Positions 40,813-55,800 of a DNA stretch of 64,000 nucleotides are shown in pieces. Source of the stretch: Lytechinus pictus (Eukaryota); NCBI RefSeq assembly GCF_037042905.1, contig NC_087250.1, positions 26,662,001 through 26,726,000 of the forward strand, written 5' to 3'. Position 1 is the first letter of the stretch; each line of letters opens with the position of its first letter. The notes beneath the pieces are model-generated. The model was not told the origin of the DNA, ran no database searches, and saw only the letters and a program-made list of their open reading frames with translations. The position numbers and the translations under genes were made by a program.

Positions 40813-42160
40813 CAAGGGAAATATATGAGAAATGTTTCGCAGGATAAGTTTGATTTCGCCCTTTCCCCTCGACACAGCGTGAAAACTGGCATTTCTGCGC
40901 AAACAGTTTTCTGCGAGCTTTACAAAAATGGACAGTGTTCACTCAAGTGTAACATTCTGTCAAAACTTTTACTTTCATTGGATAGATGAGACCCAAATCC
41001 AGGAATATATATGAAAAAATTACCCATACAGTATGTTGTATATTTTTTAATTCCCAGGGCTTTTTCAAAGTGTAAACTTTTTTTGATACGCACTGTATAT
41101 ATATTTTTCTTGGGGTCTACTTGTCCTTTACGGTTTACTAGCTAGCTTGTACTGACTTAAAGTATGTGTCTTCATCTTTACGAAGCGCGAAAATTTCACT
41201 TGCTTTCGTGTGTACCTCAAGAATACAATGTCAGTTTTACAGTCGATTATTATGTTTGTGCAACACTTCCATTTCTTTTACTACTAATATATTACACATT
41301 AGAACTTATTTTAAATAGTGTTTCTTTCCCTGTCTAAAAAGTGAGCACAACACTCAGATGTTGGTTATAATGTGAATATTCTATAGATTGATGTGCACAA
41401 TTGAACAAGAGAATTTCAAGGAACACGATAAAGTGATGGATAAAGAGAGAATAGGGGGGGAAAGAGAAGGGGGAATAAGAGTGGTGTTGAGAAAGAGATT
41501 TAGTTAAAAGAAATCAAAAAAGAAAAGTATTTAAAAAAAAATTCATCAAAAATCTTTTCCACGACCATGCATATTTATAACACACAAGTCTATGAGGTGT
41601 TTTAAAACATGTTTTTTTTGTAAAAAAAACGGGTGTTTTAAAACGGGTTTTAAAACATGTTTTAAAACACACCGTTTAAAACGTGCCAACCCTGTTAAGA
41701 GCACTAAGAAACTTAGCTGTAATTTGTGCCATTGAGTATTACTACTATTAGTATTACTATTAAAATTAGCATTATTAATCAATACATAAAATATCCCTTT
41801 TGAGCAACTGCAATCATCAATTATAATCAAATACATTATTTAAAGTATAAAAGAAATCATTCCGGATTTGCACAAGAAGCCACTATTTTGCACATTCTGC
41901 ACCATTATGTATAAAATAAATTTACTGAACCATATACTTACTATACTGCTGCTTGTTTTTTTTCTTTTGAAGTATCTGAATTTATGTATAATTTATTCGG
42001 AACTTCAAAATGCAATTAAACGCCATTCATCAAAGCTATTATCTATATTATCAACATTGTTTTATCAGTATTACTTCTTTGTTGTCAGTATGATCACTGT
42101 CATTATACTGTCAAAATTATAATAATTATCATTTTCCAATGAATAGAAATATGGACAAAC

Positions 42161-42227
42161 CTGCTTCTTGTGGATTTAAGTCTCCGTCATCGGTACCATT
42201 TCTTTGCGATTCCAAACTCTGTTGATC
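42161..42227 (-). CDS. Roco small exon (DQQSLESQRNGTDDGDLNPQEA)
   Basis: gtgtacag| acceptor and CAG|GTTTGT donor; 67 nt, phase 0 to 1; needed to bridge the phases of the flanking exons. Confidence 0.78.
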
Positions 42228-42426
42228 CTGTACACATAACACATCATAATTTGACATCTGAAATAATCATTAGAAAGCCAAAAGTATGTTTATAATTTTC
42301 ATATATCCTCTATTCATATGTCTCTCTCATTTGTTTACTTCCATTAAACAAAATGTTATTTTGAAAATACCAAAGGCCTAGATTTAATTCAGTCATGAAA
42401 AGGGCAATCCTATTAACAAGGAAGAT

Positions 42427-45400
42427 TTTTTTTTCTATTTATCCTCAATTGAGGTAATTTATTATTCATAAAATGTCAAAAGATACAGATTTTTACAATA
42501 ACAAAATTCACATCATATCACACAACAATATTTTACAAGAAATACAAAAAATACAATAAAATATGTTACTTACACTACCAGTCACAATTCCTCGGCCCGC
42601 TGTCACCCGTCGAGAACCAGAGAACAATAGATTCAGTGGACTGAATCCATTATTCTCCGGCTCCAACAGGCCAGCCAACAGCGGACCAAAAAACCGTGAC
42701 TGGTAGTGTATTCACACAAAGTAAAAACGTATCTTACGCAACTCAGTTTCATTAAATCTTTTCTGATTATATTTTAAACTTAGGTGAAATCTTATTTCTG
42801 CTTTAAAATATTTAAATAGATAGTTTCCATGTAACACATGTTTCTCTTTATCATTACATTCTTTGACATAATTCTTATATACAGTATATTGGGCATAATT
42901 AAGGATGAAATTGACGAGTTTTGTTTTTCGGTTGCCTATATCATATCCTATAATAATCCTTTTTTCATTAATGTCAATATCAAGGCCAAGAATATTCCGA
43001 ATAAGACACGGAACTATTTTCCAAAATAACCTTACATTTTTGCATGTCAATAAAAAATGACATATAGTTTCCTTGCAATTGCAAGTACGACATGAATTAT
43101 CATTCGAAATTCCCCATTTGCATAAATTGTCTTTACTGGGCAATATTCTGTGAAAAGTTTGAAATTAAATTGTTTTATTTTATTGTCATTAATTTGCTGA
43201 AATTTGAATTTAAATACTTCGCTCCAATCAAATTCGTTTGACAAGTCTGAACGATCTTGCCAAAAATATAAACAAACGGGAACTTCTTTATATTTATACA
43301 AACTATAATAGTGTTTAGCTAACATTTTCTCGACATTTATTGAGTCACCTGTTGCTAACTCAATCACATTTGGTTCTTCTGTTTGTAGCCGTTGTGGGGT
43401 TCTTGTATTACGTAATTTCTCTAACCAGAAGTGTGGAAATGCCTTTTTGAGTTTTGACAATTCGAAAGAAGTAAGCAATTGTCTGCGGTTAGAATAGTTG
43501 CTAATACATGAAAAATCTTTCCAATTCCCATCTTTTATAATCTGTCCCACTTTATAAATCCCCTCTTTGATCCAGTTTTGAAAAAATAACGTTTCTTTCT
43601 CATGTTTTATATTACTATTATACCAGATAATTTCTTGGTTTACATTGCAAACATTAAACATATGAATATACTTTACAGTGTATTTCAGACCACGATTTAA
43701 AAATGTCAATGTAAAACACTGGTAACTGTTTTCTTTCGCATATTCTTATATCATTTTTTTGGCAATTAAATCTCAAATACATAGGAAAGTCAGAAATTTT
43801 ACTGATCCAATAATTGAATAAAATTTTCCATGGTGTTTTTTCACCTGAGATATATTTTTGAATCCATGATAAACGAAGAGAAGAACATTTGTAAAGTAAA
43901 TTGACCTTCTGATGCCTCCTTCTATTTCAGAATTACAGCATACATTTCGCTTGACCTTTTCAGCTTTGGAATTCCATAAAAAAAGTATATTAATCTATTT
44001 ACCAATTTAATTATTTTCAATGGTACTGGGACTGCTATTGCTGTATATACTGATTAAGAAGTGACTAAATGCTTTATGACAGTCACCTTCCCATACAAAG
44101 TTAGTTTTCGCATTTTCCATAAATCTAAAGTACTTTTAATTTTCTTCACTTTACCTTCCCAATTTAAGTTTTCAACTTCTCTATGAAATTTTCCAACGTA
44201 AACCCCGAGACATTTTATAGCATTATCTGTAAATTCTAAATCCTCAGTGTTTGGACATTGATATTTAATCTCATGTACTTAGATTTTGACTGATTAATTT
44301 CGGGACCGGCATTTTTACCAAAATGTTATATTTCTCTCATTATTTCTTTGACAGAGTTGACAGAATCTGCAAAAATTGTAGTATCATCTGCAAACTGAAC
44401 TTTGCGAATATCTATGAAATCTGAACAATCTGATTCAGGGTTAGGTACTTGAATACCTCTAATTTGTTGAATTCTGTTTAATTTTTGCTCATAAAACTTC
44501 TGCCAAAATAATAAACAAAAGGGCAGACAATGGACATCCTTGTCTTAAACCCTGTTAATCGAAAACCTTTTAGATATCCAACCATAATTCATTATTTTAC
44601 CACTGGCGTTATTATTCAAAGTCTTAATCCATTTAATACACAAATTTTTAAAACCAAGTTATTCTAGTAAAGTGAATAAGAAATTATGATTAACGGTGTC
44701 AAAGGCTTTCTTAAAGTCTAATGACATAATGATACCATGTGTCTCAGTACTTTGACAAAAATCAATTATGTCCTGTACAAGTCTAATGCATTCAAGTGCA
44801 GAACGATTTTTCATAAAACCAAACTGATCTTCAGATACAATGCAATGAATAATTTTCTTCAATCTAACAGTCAAAACACGAGCTGCTAATTTGTAGTCTA
44901 TATTAAGAAGTGATATGGGCCGCCAATTATCTAGAGGATTTTTGTTGCCCTTTTTATACAAAAGAGTAAGGATGGCTTGACTTTGAGTTGAGGACAATTG
45001 TGTTTTGTCATATCCCTGATTCAGGCTGGCAACTACCATCTGTTTCAAGTCCTCCCAAAAACATTTATACAATTCAAAACTTAGGCCGTCACTACCAGGA
45101 GATTTGTTCAGATTCATTGACTTTAGTGCAAGCCAACATTCATTTTCTGTAAGCTTTCCCTCACATATATTTAATAGCTTCTTCATCATTCAAAACATAT
45201 AACTTTAAGTTACCTATATATTCTTTAAAATCAGATCTTACATAATCTTTTTGATACAGTTTAGTATAGAATTCATGTATATTTGACTCTAGTCACCTTG
45301 CTCTTGATCGAACATACGCACCTTTGCATTGATATTCATACCCTTTATTGATCTTACGTTTTAAACGACTAATTTCGTCTACATCTTTGCTACGTTGATC

Positions 45401-45781
45401 TTTATCTAGTTTTTCACAAAGTTGATTATATCTTTTTTCAATGTGTGTTTATGTTCCCTCTTCTTCCTTGACACATCAGAAGCATACTTAATGCTGAACT
45501 CCTTTATTTTAACTTTACACATCTCCCACTTCAATTGATTATCAAAATTGTTATAATCCATTTTGATCTTTTTAGTAACATTTGTTATGCCTTTTTTATA
45601 TATTTCATCATCAAGTAAGGAATTGTTCAATTTCCAAAAACCCTTTCCCCTCTTTTTTGTTGTCACCTGAAGTTTCATCGAAACAGCATTATGATCACAC
45701 TTTAATACTGGTTTAATATCAAGAGAATGCACATACGGAACAAATGCCTTGGAGACTAGCCAATAATCAAGCCGTGAATAG
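42427..45781 (-). mobile_element. 5'-truncated, disrupted L1/Tx1-clade LINE
   Basis: End of endonuclease (SRLDYWLVS, DHNAV, GKGFWKLNNSLL); RT (KSPGSDGL, NWRPISLLNIDYK, LDFKKAFD, QGCPLS, QFADD); C-terminal CCHC (CRTC..HFLLTC); poly(A) tail; flanked by an identical 38 bp direct repeat. Confidence 0.92.
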
Positions 45782-45825
45782 TCAGTCATGAAAAGGGCAA
45801 TCCTATTAACAAGGAAGATATTATG

Positions 45826-46118
45826 TGGAGCGTTGTGGCCCAGTGGATTAGTCTTCGGACTTCGAAACTGAGGATCGTTGGTTCAAATCCCAGCCATGGC
45901 GTAATTTCCTTCAGCAAGGAATTCATTCACAGTGTGCTGCACTCGACCCAGGTGAGGTAAATGGGTACCGGCAGGAAGTAAGTCCTCAAAAGGTTGTGTG
46001 CACCTGAATATGTAGCCTAGCTTAGCCGGGTAATAATAATAGCAGGGCCCACTGGGAGAACAGTTTTCGGAACTGAAGTGGCTATCCTTGGTGAATATGC
46101 CGTTATTATTATTATTAC
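45826..46118 (+). mobile_element. tRNA-derived SINE with Deu/Nin-like core
   Basis: A box TGGCCCAGTGG, B box GGTTCAAATCC, core CACTCGACCCAGGTGAGGTAAATGGGTACC, (TTA)n tail. Confidence 0.85.
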
Positions 46119-47336
46119 TTCTAAGCATTGCGGATGCACAAATGTATTAATGGATTTGTTCCCACCAGAATGTGCAAGAACGATGAAATCAACTTTGATA
46201 AACATGGTTTTAACACCAGACTTGCCGATGCTCTTAATGTAATCTTGCCAAAACCCTAGTTTAGAATGTTTTAAATATGGTTGTATCTATGCAGGAGCTA
46301 ATTAGCGGTGGAGCAACTTGTCATATGCTATAAAACTCAACATCTTTACTTTTTTTTTTTTTTTTTTTTTGGCCGATATGCCATATCTAGTCAATTCAAA
46401 ATATTTGGCTCATTCCACCATTGATTTGTTTCATCACACTCCTATGCAAATGATAATCTATTAATATATTCTTCTTTTTTCTTCTAATTATTAATGGCGT
46501 AATGAGCCCAAAATTTTGAGGGGGTCAGATATGTCGTTTCGGGGAAAATTCAATAAAAGTTGTGAGCGAGCAAGACAAAGTTCGAAATTTCCATTAAAAA
46601 AAATATCAAATTTTGTATTAGATTTTGACATAAACATACTCAGAAAATGGTATCACATTTCACCTTTCTCTCTTTTCTTTTTTTTTGTAATTATTTTCGG
46701 GGTGGGAAGCGCCCCAAGCAACCCTCCCCCCCCCTCCACACCTCTACCATTAAATTATTGTTATCATTTGATGAACAATTTTCATAGAAACGGCTTATTC
46801 AAAAAACTATTAAACAATCTTCCGTGCAAAGCTCCCCCGGTTGTCCCGACTAGGTTCGTTTATTTGACTCCCCATCCTCAACCCACCCTTTCAAGAATAG
46901 CTTCCCCAGTTTTCTCGAAAGGGTTCGGCCATCCCCGCTCTGCGAACGCAGACGACCGTAACTAGCCCATGGATGCGTAGTCTGTGTTAGCTCCTCTAAT
47001 GGGTTATAAAGTTTGCAACTGACTTCGAGTTCCTCTTTTTTTTTTTCTTCTTAACTTGTAATACTATTGAATCAATTTTGTAAATACGAGTTGCCAGTGT
47101 CATTCTCTTTTTCTTTTTTTTTTTTGCTTAACATGTAATATGTACCTCATCAGGTTTGATTGGTATGTAACCTCTCAATCTTTTCAGGACCTTGATGTAA
47201 ACAGTGTTTTATATACTGATATTGTGTTCTCCTGTTCATGTTTCACTCAAACCCTATTCGATGTCTCATTTTAAAACCATTAGTTTGGGGAGTCTTCTAT
47301 GATTCAAAGTCATGAAATTAGAATTGACATATCTAC

Positions 47337-47401
47337 CTGTGTTGGAGCTACACTCAGTTTCTTCGCTGCTTCATCTGCAAGGGCTTTATTGTATTCACGG
47401 T
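47337..47401 (-). CDS. Roco small exon (DREYNKALADEAAKKLSVAPTQ)
   Basis: ttccacag| acceptor and CAG|GTAGAT donor; 65 nt, phase 1 to 0; absent from the ORF track. Confidence 0.82.
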
Positions 47402-47588
47402 CTGTGGAAGTCAAATCATATATAACGACCTAATTATATGGCCAAACAAACAATAAGTCCCAAGAGAATTTTCTCTGTAAATAATAACATTAACTAGATT
47501 TTAAATCGTCGTAAGGACGAATTAGACGGTCTGTCATCAATTTTCATAGAGTTCAGTAATTTCAAATACATATTGCTCAAATCACTAA

Positions 47589-47768
47589 CTGGGCGTTGTG
47601 GCGTGCGCCTGTAATCCAAGCTGTGGGGAAGTTACAAATTGATGCAGAGGTTCGAGGTTCGAGCCCTGGTCACGTCTTTCGGATGGTGACGTTAAAGGTC
47701 GGTCCCAGACGTAAACAATCATATCTGATTGATACACGTCTGACAAAACTCAAATACACACAAACACA
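47589..47768 (+). mobile_element. Putative 7SL-headed SINE, or a 7SL pseudogene chimera
   Basis: CTGGGCGTTGTGGCGTGCGCCTGTAATCCAAGCT matches the 7SL/Alu 5' end. It is followed by a B-box-like GGTTCGAGCCC (47656-47666), an unrelated body and a CA-rich tail. Confidence 0.65.
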
Positions 47769-48154
47769 TTATCATCACCATCATCATCATCATCCTTACT
47801 ACTATCATCATCATAGTCATCAGCATTATTACCATCCTAATTATCATTTAAGAAATGCCATCACCCATACAGCTAGATTACAAGTAAAACAAGAACAAGT
47901 GGATCTCGTCGGACAGTCTCCCTTGCATTGCACGACTCGATATAGCAGCAGTGCTGACTTTGAAAACAGCTATTAAATAATTATTACTAAAAAACACTCA
48001 TATGATAATGAAATAATATAAATCGTACCTGGCAAATGATCAAATCAATATTAAATAAAAGAAAAAAAATCACCCCCAACACCATAGTTTGTGATGAAGG
48101 TCGATCGTCCGACCCGTTCCAAATAGCAAATACTTTTATTTATTTATTTATTTT

Positions 48155-50750
<2,596 letters not shown>

Positions 50751-51902
50751 AAAAATATCATGTCGGTAGACCTTAAATGACTTTTGATTCATGATCATGT
50801 TACCTAGCACGCGCGCAGAACAATCATGCACACGTGATTACCCTCATGTCTATGTTTCATGAACTACATGTGTAGATCCATAAACCCTCTACACTGTAGG
50901 TTGCGATGCCAATTAAACAAATGAAGAGCTTGATTCCAAAAGGGGATAAACACAGTTTGACCAAATTTGAATCCTTGTCATCAAGATATGGTTTTTAGAC
51001 ATGAGAATGAAATGCACCACATCGCATCTAAAAACAAAATGGGAAGGTACTAATTTATTGCAAATTTGAGTTTCATTCCAAAAGACCTAAATCCAAAACT
51101 GTTTTGTTCCAAAAGGAGCTTAATCCACTACCACTTTGTGTTATGTGTTACTTTAGGATTGACCAGAGTGAATGTTGGTTTATGCTTCTCACATGCCTAA
51201 GAAGTGTGTATGAGATCCTGAAAATAATTTTATGGCATCAAAATGATCATTAAAAAAAATACTTAGAAATTTGAAAAATATTAACCGAGCTTTATCGAGC
51301 GGTGTAGACTCGGGTAAAACGCAATGTATGTAACACCACAAATGTTTTACTATGATGAGGGTTTTTGGCTGAAATTATTCTACAAGTAACTTTTATCTCT
51401 AAAAGGGGGGCGGGTAGCCATTATATACGTTATCAACCTTTATTTTGTTTGCATTATGTCTGGAGTTCATGTCATTTTCATGGAATGGAAGAGGAATCGT
51501 CCTCGCCGTGCAAAAATGAACGGCAATGCACACCCCACACGCGCTGCGATGACTGCGAGGAATAAGAATTACTGTTTTTGATCAGGTTTTGGGGGAGGGG
51601 GGGGGGTTGTGCCAAGTAAAATCAGCTCTAACATGAAAACGGGCAAAAATGGGCAGCGTAAATAGACATTTGGCAAATGATGATGACAGAATTTAAACGG
51701 AAATCCATGGAAATCTTAACGTTTTTAATGGAAATTTAAAAAATTTATTATCCGCCTCTTTCGAGGAATAATTATCCTATAATCCTCCTGAAATGTTGAC
51801 ATTTTGATCTGGAAAAAAAATTGACAGCTTAATGGACTCTTTAATAAAGAACAAGATATTTATCAAAAAAAAATTATTGCAAATCAAAGCGGGAGTTCTT
51901 TT

Positions 51903-52180
51903 GATAATAATAATATATAGCTGTATTTATAAAGCGCTTTTTGCCTGAGGATACAAAGCGCTGCTATTATTACTCCAGCTTTAGCTCGAGCTACCATCAC
52001 CGGCGCTCAGTGCATACAAGGAATTAATCCTGCCGGGTACCCATTCACCTCACCTGGGTAGAGTGCAGCACAGTGTGGATAGATTTCTTGCTGAAGGAAA
52101 ACATGCCATGATGAGGATTCGAACCCACGACCCTCTGTTTAAAAGGCGAGAATCAGAACCACTAGAACACGACGCACCCG
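51903..52180 (-). mobile_element. tRNA-derived SINE with the same head and core as the 45826 copy but a different tail
   Basis: Minus strand: B box GGTTCGAATCC, core CACTCTACCCAGGTGAGGTGAATGGGTACC, tail AGCGCTTTG..AAGCGCTTTATAAAT then (TTA)n. Confidence 0.85.
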
Positions 52181-52806
52181 CACCCTTTTGAGGTTTATAA
52201 CTGAAAATGGGACATTCTATTCACCTATTTAATCATAAAAGTATAAATTTTTGCTACTGAAATGATGCGAGCGTGAAGCCATGAAAAGTGGACATTTTGA
52301 GCACGATTTTAAATAAAGAACGAGTTGTGTATTTCGATCTCGCTTGCTGATTCATGTGTAACATTACAGTCTTATTTTATTCTTTCACATGCGGAATTAT
52401 TGGGGGGGGGACAAAACGGTATGTTTGCCCCACCCCCAACTATTTTCATTGGTGGGACGATCGCCCCCCCCCCACCCCACCCCAGGATCGACGTCTCTGA
52501 TAGTGGAGATTTGTCTTCCCAGTTCAGCTTTTATTGCATTGTTTACATTATGTAATGTTATTTTGAATGTATTTCATCTGTAAATATCTTGTGTTGCATT
52601 CTTGTTTATAGGGGCTCCATGGAAGATCAACAAATAATACAACTAATCGATCGTTCAACTGCTCTGAATTGTGACTGAAGCCTCAGTGGAATTAGTATAT
52701 AATGGATTTCCGTCCGACATTTTTAATTATGAGGTTAAAGTTAAACTCCCATGAGAATATTAACAAATTTTAGGTCATGATTTTACTTTGATGGAAAAGT
52801 GTTTAC

Positions 52807-52940
52807 CTTTAGTTTCTTCATTGTCATGTCCTTTCTTGTGAACAGACCAAAGTTTACCACCAGCTTTTGCGACCTGGATGTTTATGTCGCAAATGTTTGT
52901 CGTATCTACGCCGTCTGTTTTTCCTTCATTCTTATCAAAC
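52807..52940 (-). CDS. Roco exon with Roc G2 (GFDKNEGKTDGVDTTNICDINIQVAKAGGKLWSVHKKGHDNEETK)
   Basis: ttctgctctag| acceptor and AAG|GTAAAC donor; 134 nt, phase 2 to 1, fitting both neighbours. Confidence 0.9.
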
Positions 52941-54740
52941 CTAGAGCAGAAAATATAAAATACCAATACAAATTGTATTATGTCTGATAACATATAGGCC
53001 TTCTTGTACAGGCAATAGCTGAAATGAACTAAAATAAACAGGTAGAAATATGACTGAGCGAATTACTGATTGTATTGATACAAAGTAGTTAATTGGGCAA
53101 AGGGCATTAGGTAAAAAAATGCCTTAAACATTTTTGGGGAACCAACCTGGACTTTTGGAATACTTGACCACTGACTGTCCTTAAAACTTGTCCCGATGTA
53201 TTACTTGAAACTCCAAACCATTGAATAGAAACAAAATTAAAAACAGTAGAATAATTAATTGATGTTTTTTTATGTCTAGGTTTTGGCAGCAATTTTTGAA
53301 GTCATCTTGGACTTTTAATTACCTTTGTCTGCTTGTGTTTACTCTAATTGAATTAATAGATCTTTTACCCTTTATAACCGAGAAATGTACACTGAAATGT
53401 GATATGAAGGTTGGATAATGAGTGAGTTATTTCCATTTTCTGTCAATGTTGGCTGAGTTCGACGCCACCTTGGATTACGGAAAACCCTCAAAAAGGATGT
53501 AAAAGGCATTTTAGTATGTTATTTTAGACATATTACTGGATCTATCCTGGAAAATTATCAGCTTGTAACCACAAATTTTCATGTTCAACCTAATGTTCTT
53601 GGCCTAATTAATTTCATTGTTATTATGCATGGTATTTATCATCATGGTTTTAAAGATTATTTGTATAACTCTTATTATTACTAATATTATTATCAATATT
53701 AGTATTTTACCAGTATATTTTAGAGATTAAAACGAGCAGTATTAGTACATTATAATCGTTATTATTAGGAGTAGTATTATTATTCCTATTATTATTGTTG
53801 TAACTATTATTTACACGTGTTATCATCATTATTGCAATCTTTATTATTATCAATAATACTAATAACTATTAATGTAATCACCATTATACTTCTTTTCATT
53901 ACTAATATTTCTTAATGTAATCATTATTACCAATATTGTTACAGAGAAGTTGAAAACATTTCATGCATTATTTTATTGTATTGACTTCAACTGCTGTTGT
54001 AAGAAACAATTATTAATTGTTTCGTTCCATTCTGGACTTGAGATATTCTTAGTTTTATTTAAAGTTGCTAGAATCGAGCAAGTATGTTCATTCTATGGAC
54101 AGTGAAGTACGGAGGACGAGACAAGCATCATTTTACTGAGCTTGTCCTGAAACCTACGCTACTTCATGCTTAATCATTAATTATAATGATGATGATGATG
54201 ATAATGATAAGAACGACAATTATGAAAAAAATAATAATTGTCACTTCCTTCTGCCTTCATAATTATTTAGGACAGCGTCCAGTGATTTTGCCAGTAGCAA
54301 AATGATTTCGAAATGTTCCTCTTTGACCCTGAACCACTGACTATTAAAATATAATTATTGTAATTATACAAATATAAGCCATTTTAAAATTCATCCAACA
54401 ATTGTGTTGAAGTCTTCATAAAAAATCAGATTGCATATGATATTATACTACATGTACGACCTTCATGGACATTTGACCTTTGATCTTTTGAGCATATATG
54501 CTTTATGTGATCATCATTACTCCTGTATAAATGGATAGGGATTATGATCGATTCATTTATTTCATTTCAACTCTCCCACCAATAAGAGCAATACCGTCTC
54601 AATCCTCTCTGATCCTTATCTTTGTCAATTTTCTTTTCAAACCAGCACCTCTTTGTCGAAAATCGTTCCCAGGTCCATGAAAATGATATATAGTTGGAGA
54701 AAAAAGAAAAAAAGGATAGTGAGAGAAAAAAAAAACTTAC

Positions 54741-54996
54741 CCTTGACCTGTAAGACTTTTCTTCAAGCTTGTCTTCCCAACGCGCTCTTGTCCCACAAGC
54801 ATAAGACGGGTTCGGAAGACTTTCTTTCTTCCATCTTGAGCAGCTTCGGCATATGCTTGACGAACCCTCGGGTCCCGAGCAAGGATTTCCGGCGGTGCCG
54901 AAAGACAGCCGAACGAAATATCGTCCCCTCTGTTATCCGTTTCAGGTTTGAGAGGAGCAGCCTGGTAGTCTCTTTCATCGAGTTTACCTGCATCAT
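54741..54996 (-). CDS. Roco exon with Roc G1/P-loop (..APPEILARDPRVRQAYAEAAQDGRKKVFRTRLMLVGQERVGKTSLKKSLTGQG)
   Basis: Donor GG|GTAAG at 54741. Acceptor is either AAG|54996 or CAG|54987; both are phase 1. Confidence 0.9.
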
Positions 54997-55161
54997 CTTT
55001 AGAATTAACAAACTTGAGAATGGTAATGAATGAAATACTTATAAGTAGGATACCCATTACATTCTTGATCTGGTAGAGTTACTACAACTAATAAGACGCA
55101 ACCGAGAATGAGCCACTGAAACTCAGTTGACACTTGCACGCATTGTGGTTCGCACATTGGG

Positions 55162-55800
55162 CCGTATGCATAAAGACAAGCAATTGCTTATAAGCAAATG
55201 CTTTAAGCAAAAGCAAGAGCTGGTCAAGCAAAAGGGCAAGTTCAAGCAATTGCTTAAATTCGTATGCACAAGCTTTTGCTTGTGCTGAAACCTTTTGCTT
55301 GCACTGCCTAAGCAATTGCTTATGTGTTGGACAAAGGATCGTTACGGCTGTGCGAACATCGCACAGTAGGACAACGACGCTTCGTTCCCGACCTGGCAGA
55401 AGTATTTTTTATTACGCAAATAGGGGGAAAACAGCGCAGAGCATCAGGGGGGTTTCTGTGTAGATCGATGGACACAAATTGCTGTAAAAAGTCTAAAATA
55501 ACAGGAATTTGATTAGATATGAAATCACAACATAACCTCTGGAATATGGAGCTTGAAACGGCATGAAAATTTAATCCTTAAACGAGAATGCCATGAGTAA
55601 GCAAGAGCTCAAGCTGGTCTGGAGGTGCTTGAAAAAACGCAAGCAATTGCTTATCAAGACAAGTAAAAGGATTGTTTTATGCATACGGTTTTAAGCAATT
55701 GCTTGTTTGGTAAGCATTTGCTTACGAGTAGTAAGCAATTGCTTGTGCTTGCTAGCAAAAGCATTTGCTTGCAAGCAATTGCTTATGTTTATGCATACGG
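55162..55800. mobile_element. MITE with CCGTATGCATAAA termini and AAGCAATTGCTT palindromes
   Basis: About 60 bp imperfect TIRs (CCGTATGCATAAAGACAAGCAATTGCTT / AAGCAATTGCTTATGTTTATGCATACGG). Confidence 0.7.

Larger units (their letters stand above)
36013..41095. mobile_element. Tc1/mariner-type non-autonomous element (TA TSD)
   Basis: TA|(A)AGTGCGTATCAAAAAAAGTTTACACTT ... AAGTGTAAACTTTTTTTGATACGCACTG|TA. Confidence 0.78.
35532..41127. mobile_element. Kolobok-like non-autonomous element split by later insertions
   Basis: Termini AGGTCAAGTCCATCCC and GGGGTCTACTTGTCCT; flanks TTGA / TTAC may be a degenerate TTAA. Confidence 0.55.
32290..41694. mobile_element. hAT-type element expanded by nested insertions
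   Basis: Termini CAGGGTTGTAAT..AAAAC and AAAACGTGCCAACCCTG match the two ends of the 14074-14512 element in reverse orientation. Flanks TTAGAGCAC / TTAAGAGCAC form an imperfect TSD. Confidence 0.65.

Noticed and set aside
45826..45900. tRNA gene
   Set aside because: A and B boxes are present, but there is no convincing acceptor stem and it runs into a SINE core and tail.
47589..47768. Functional 7SL RNA gene
   Set aside because: Only about 40 nt of the Alu domain is present; there is no S domain or oligo-T terminator at about 300 nt.
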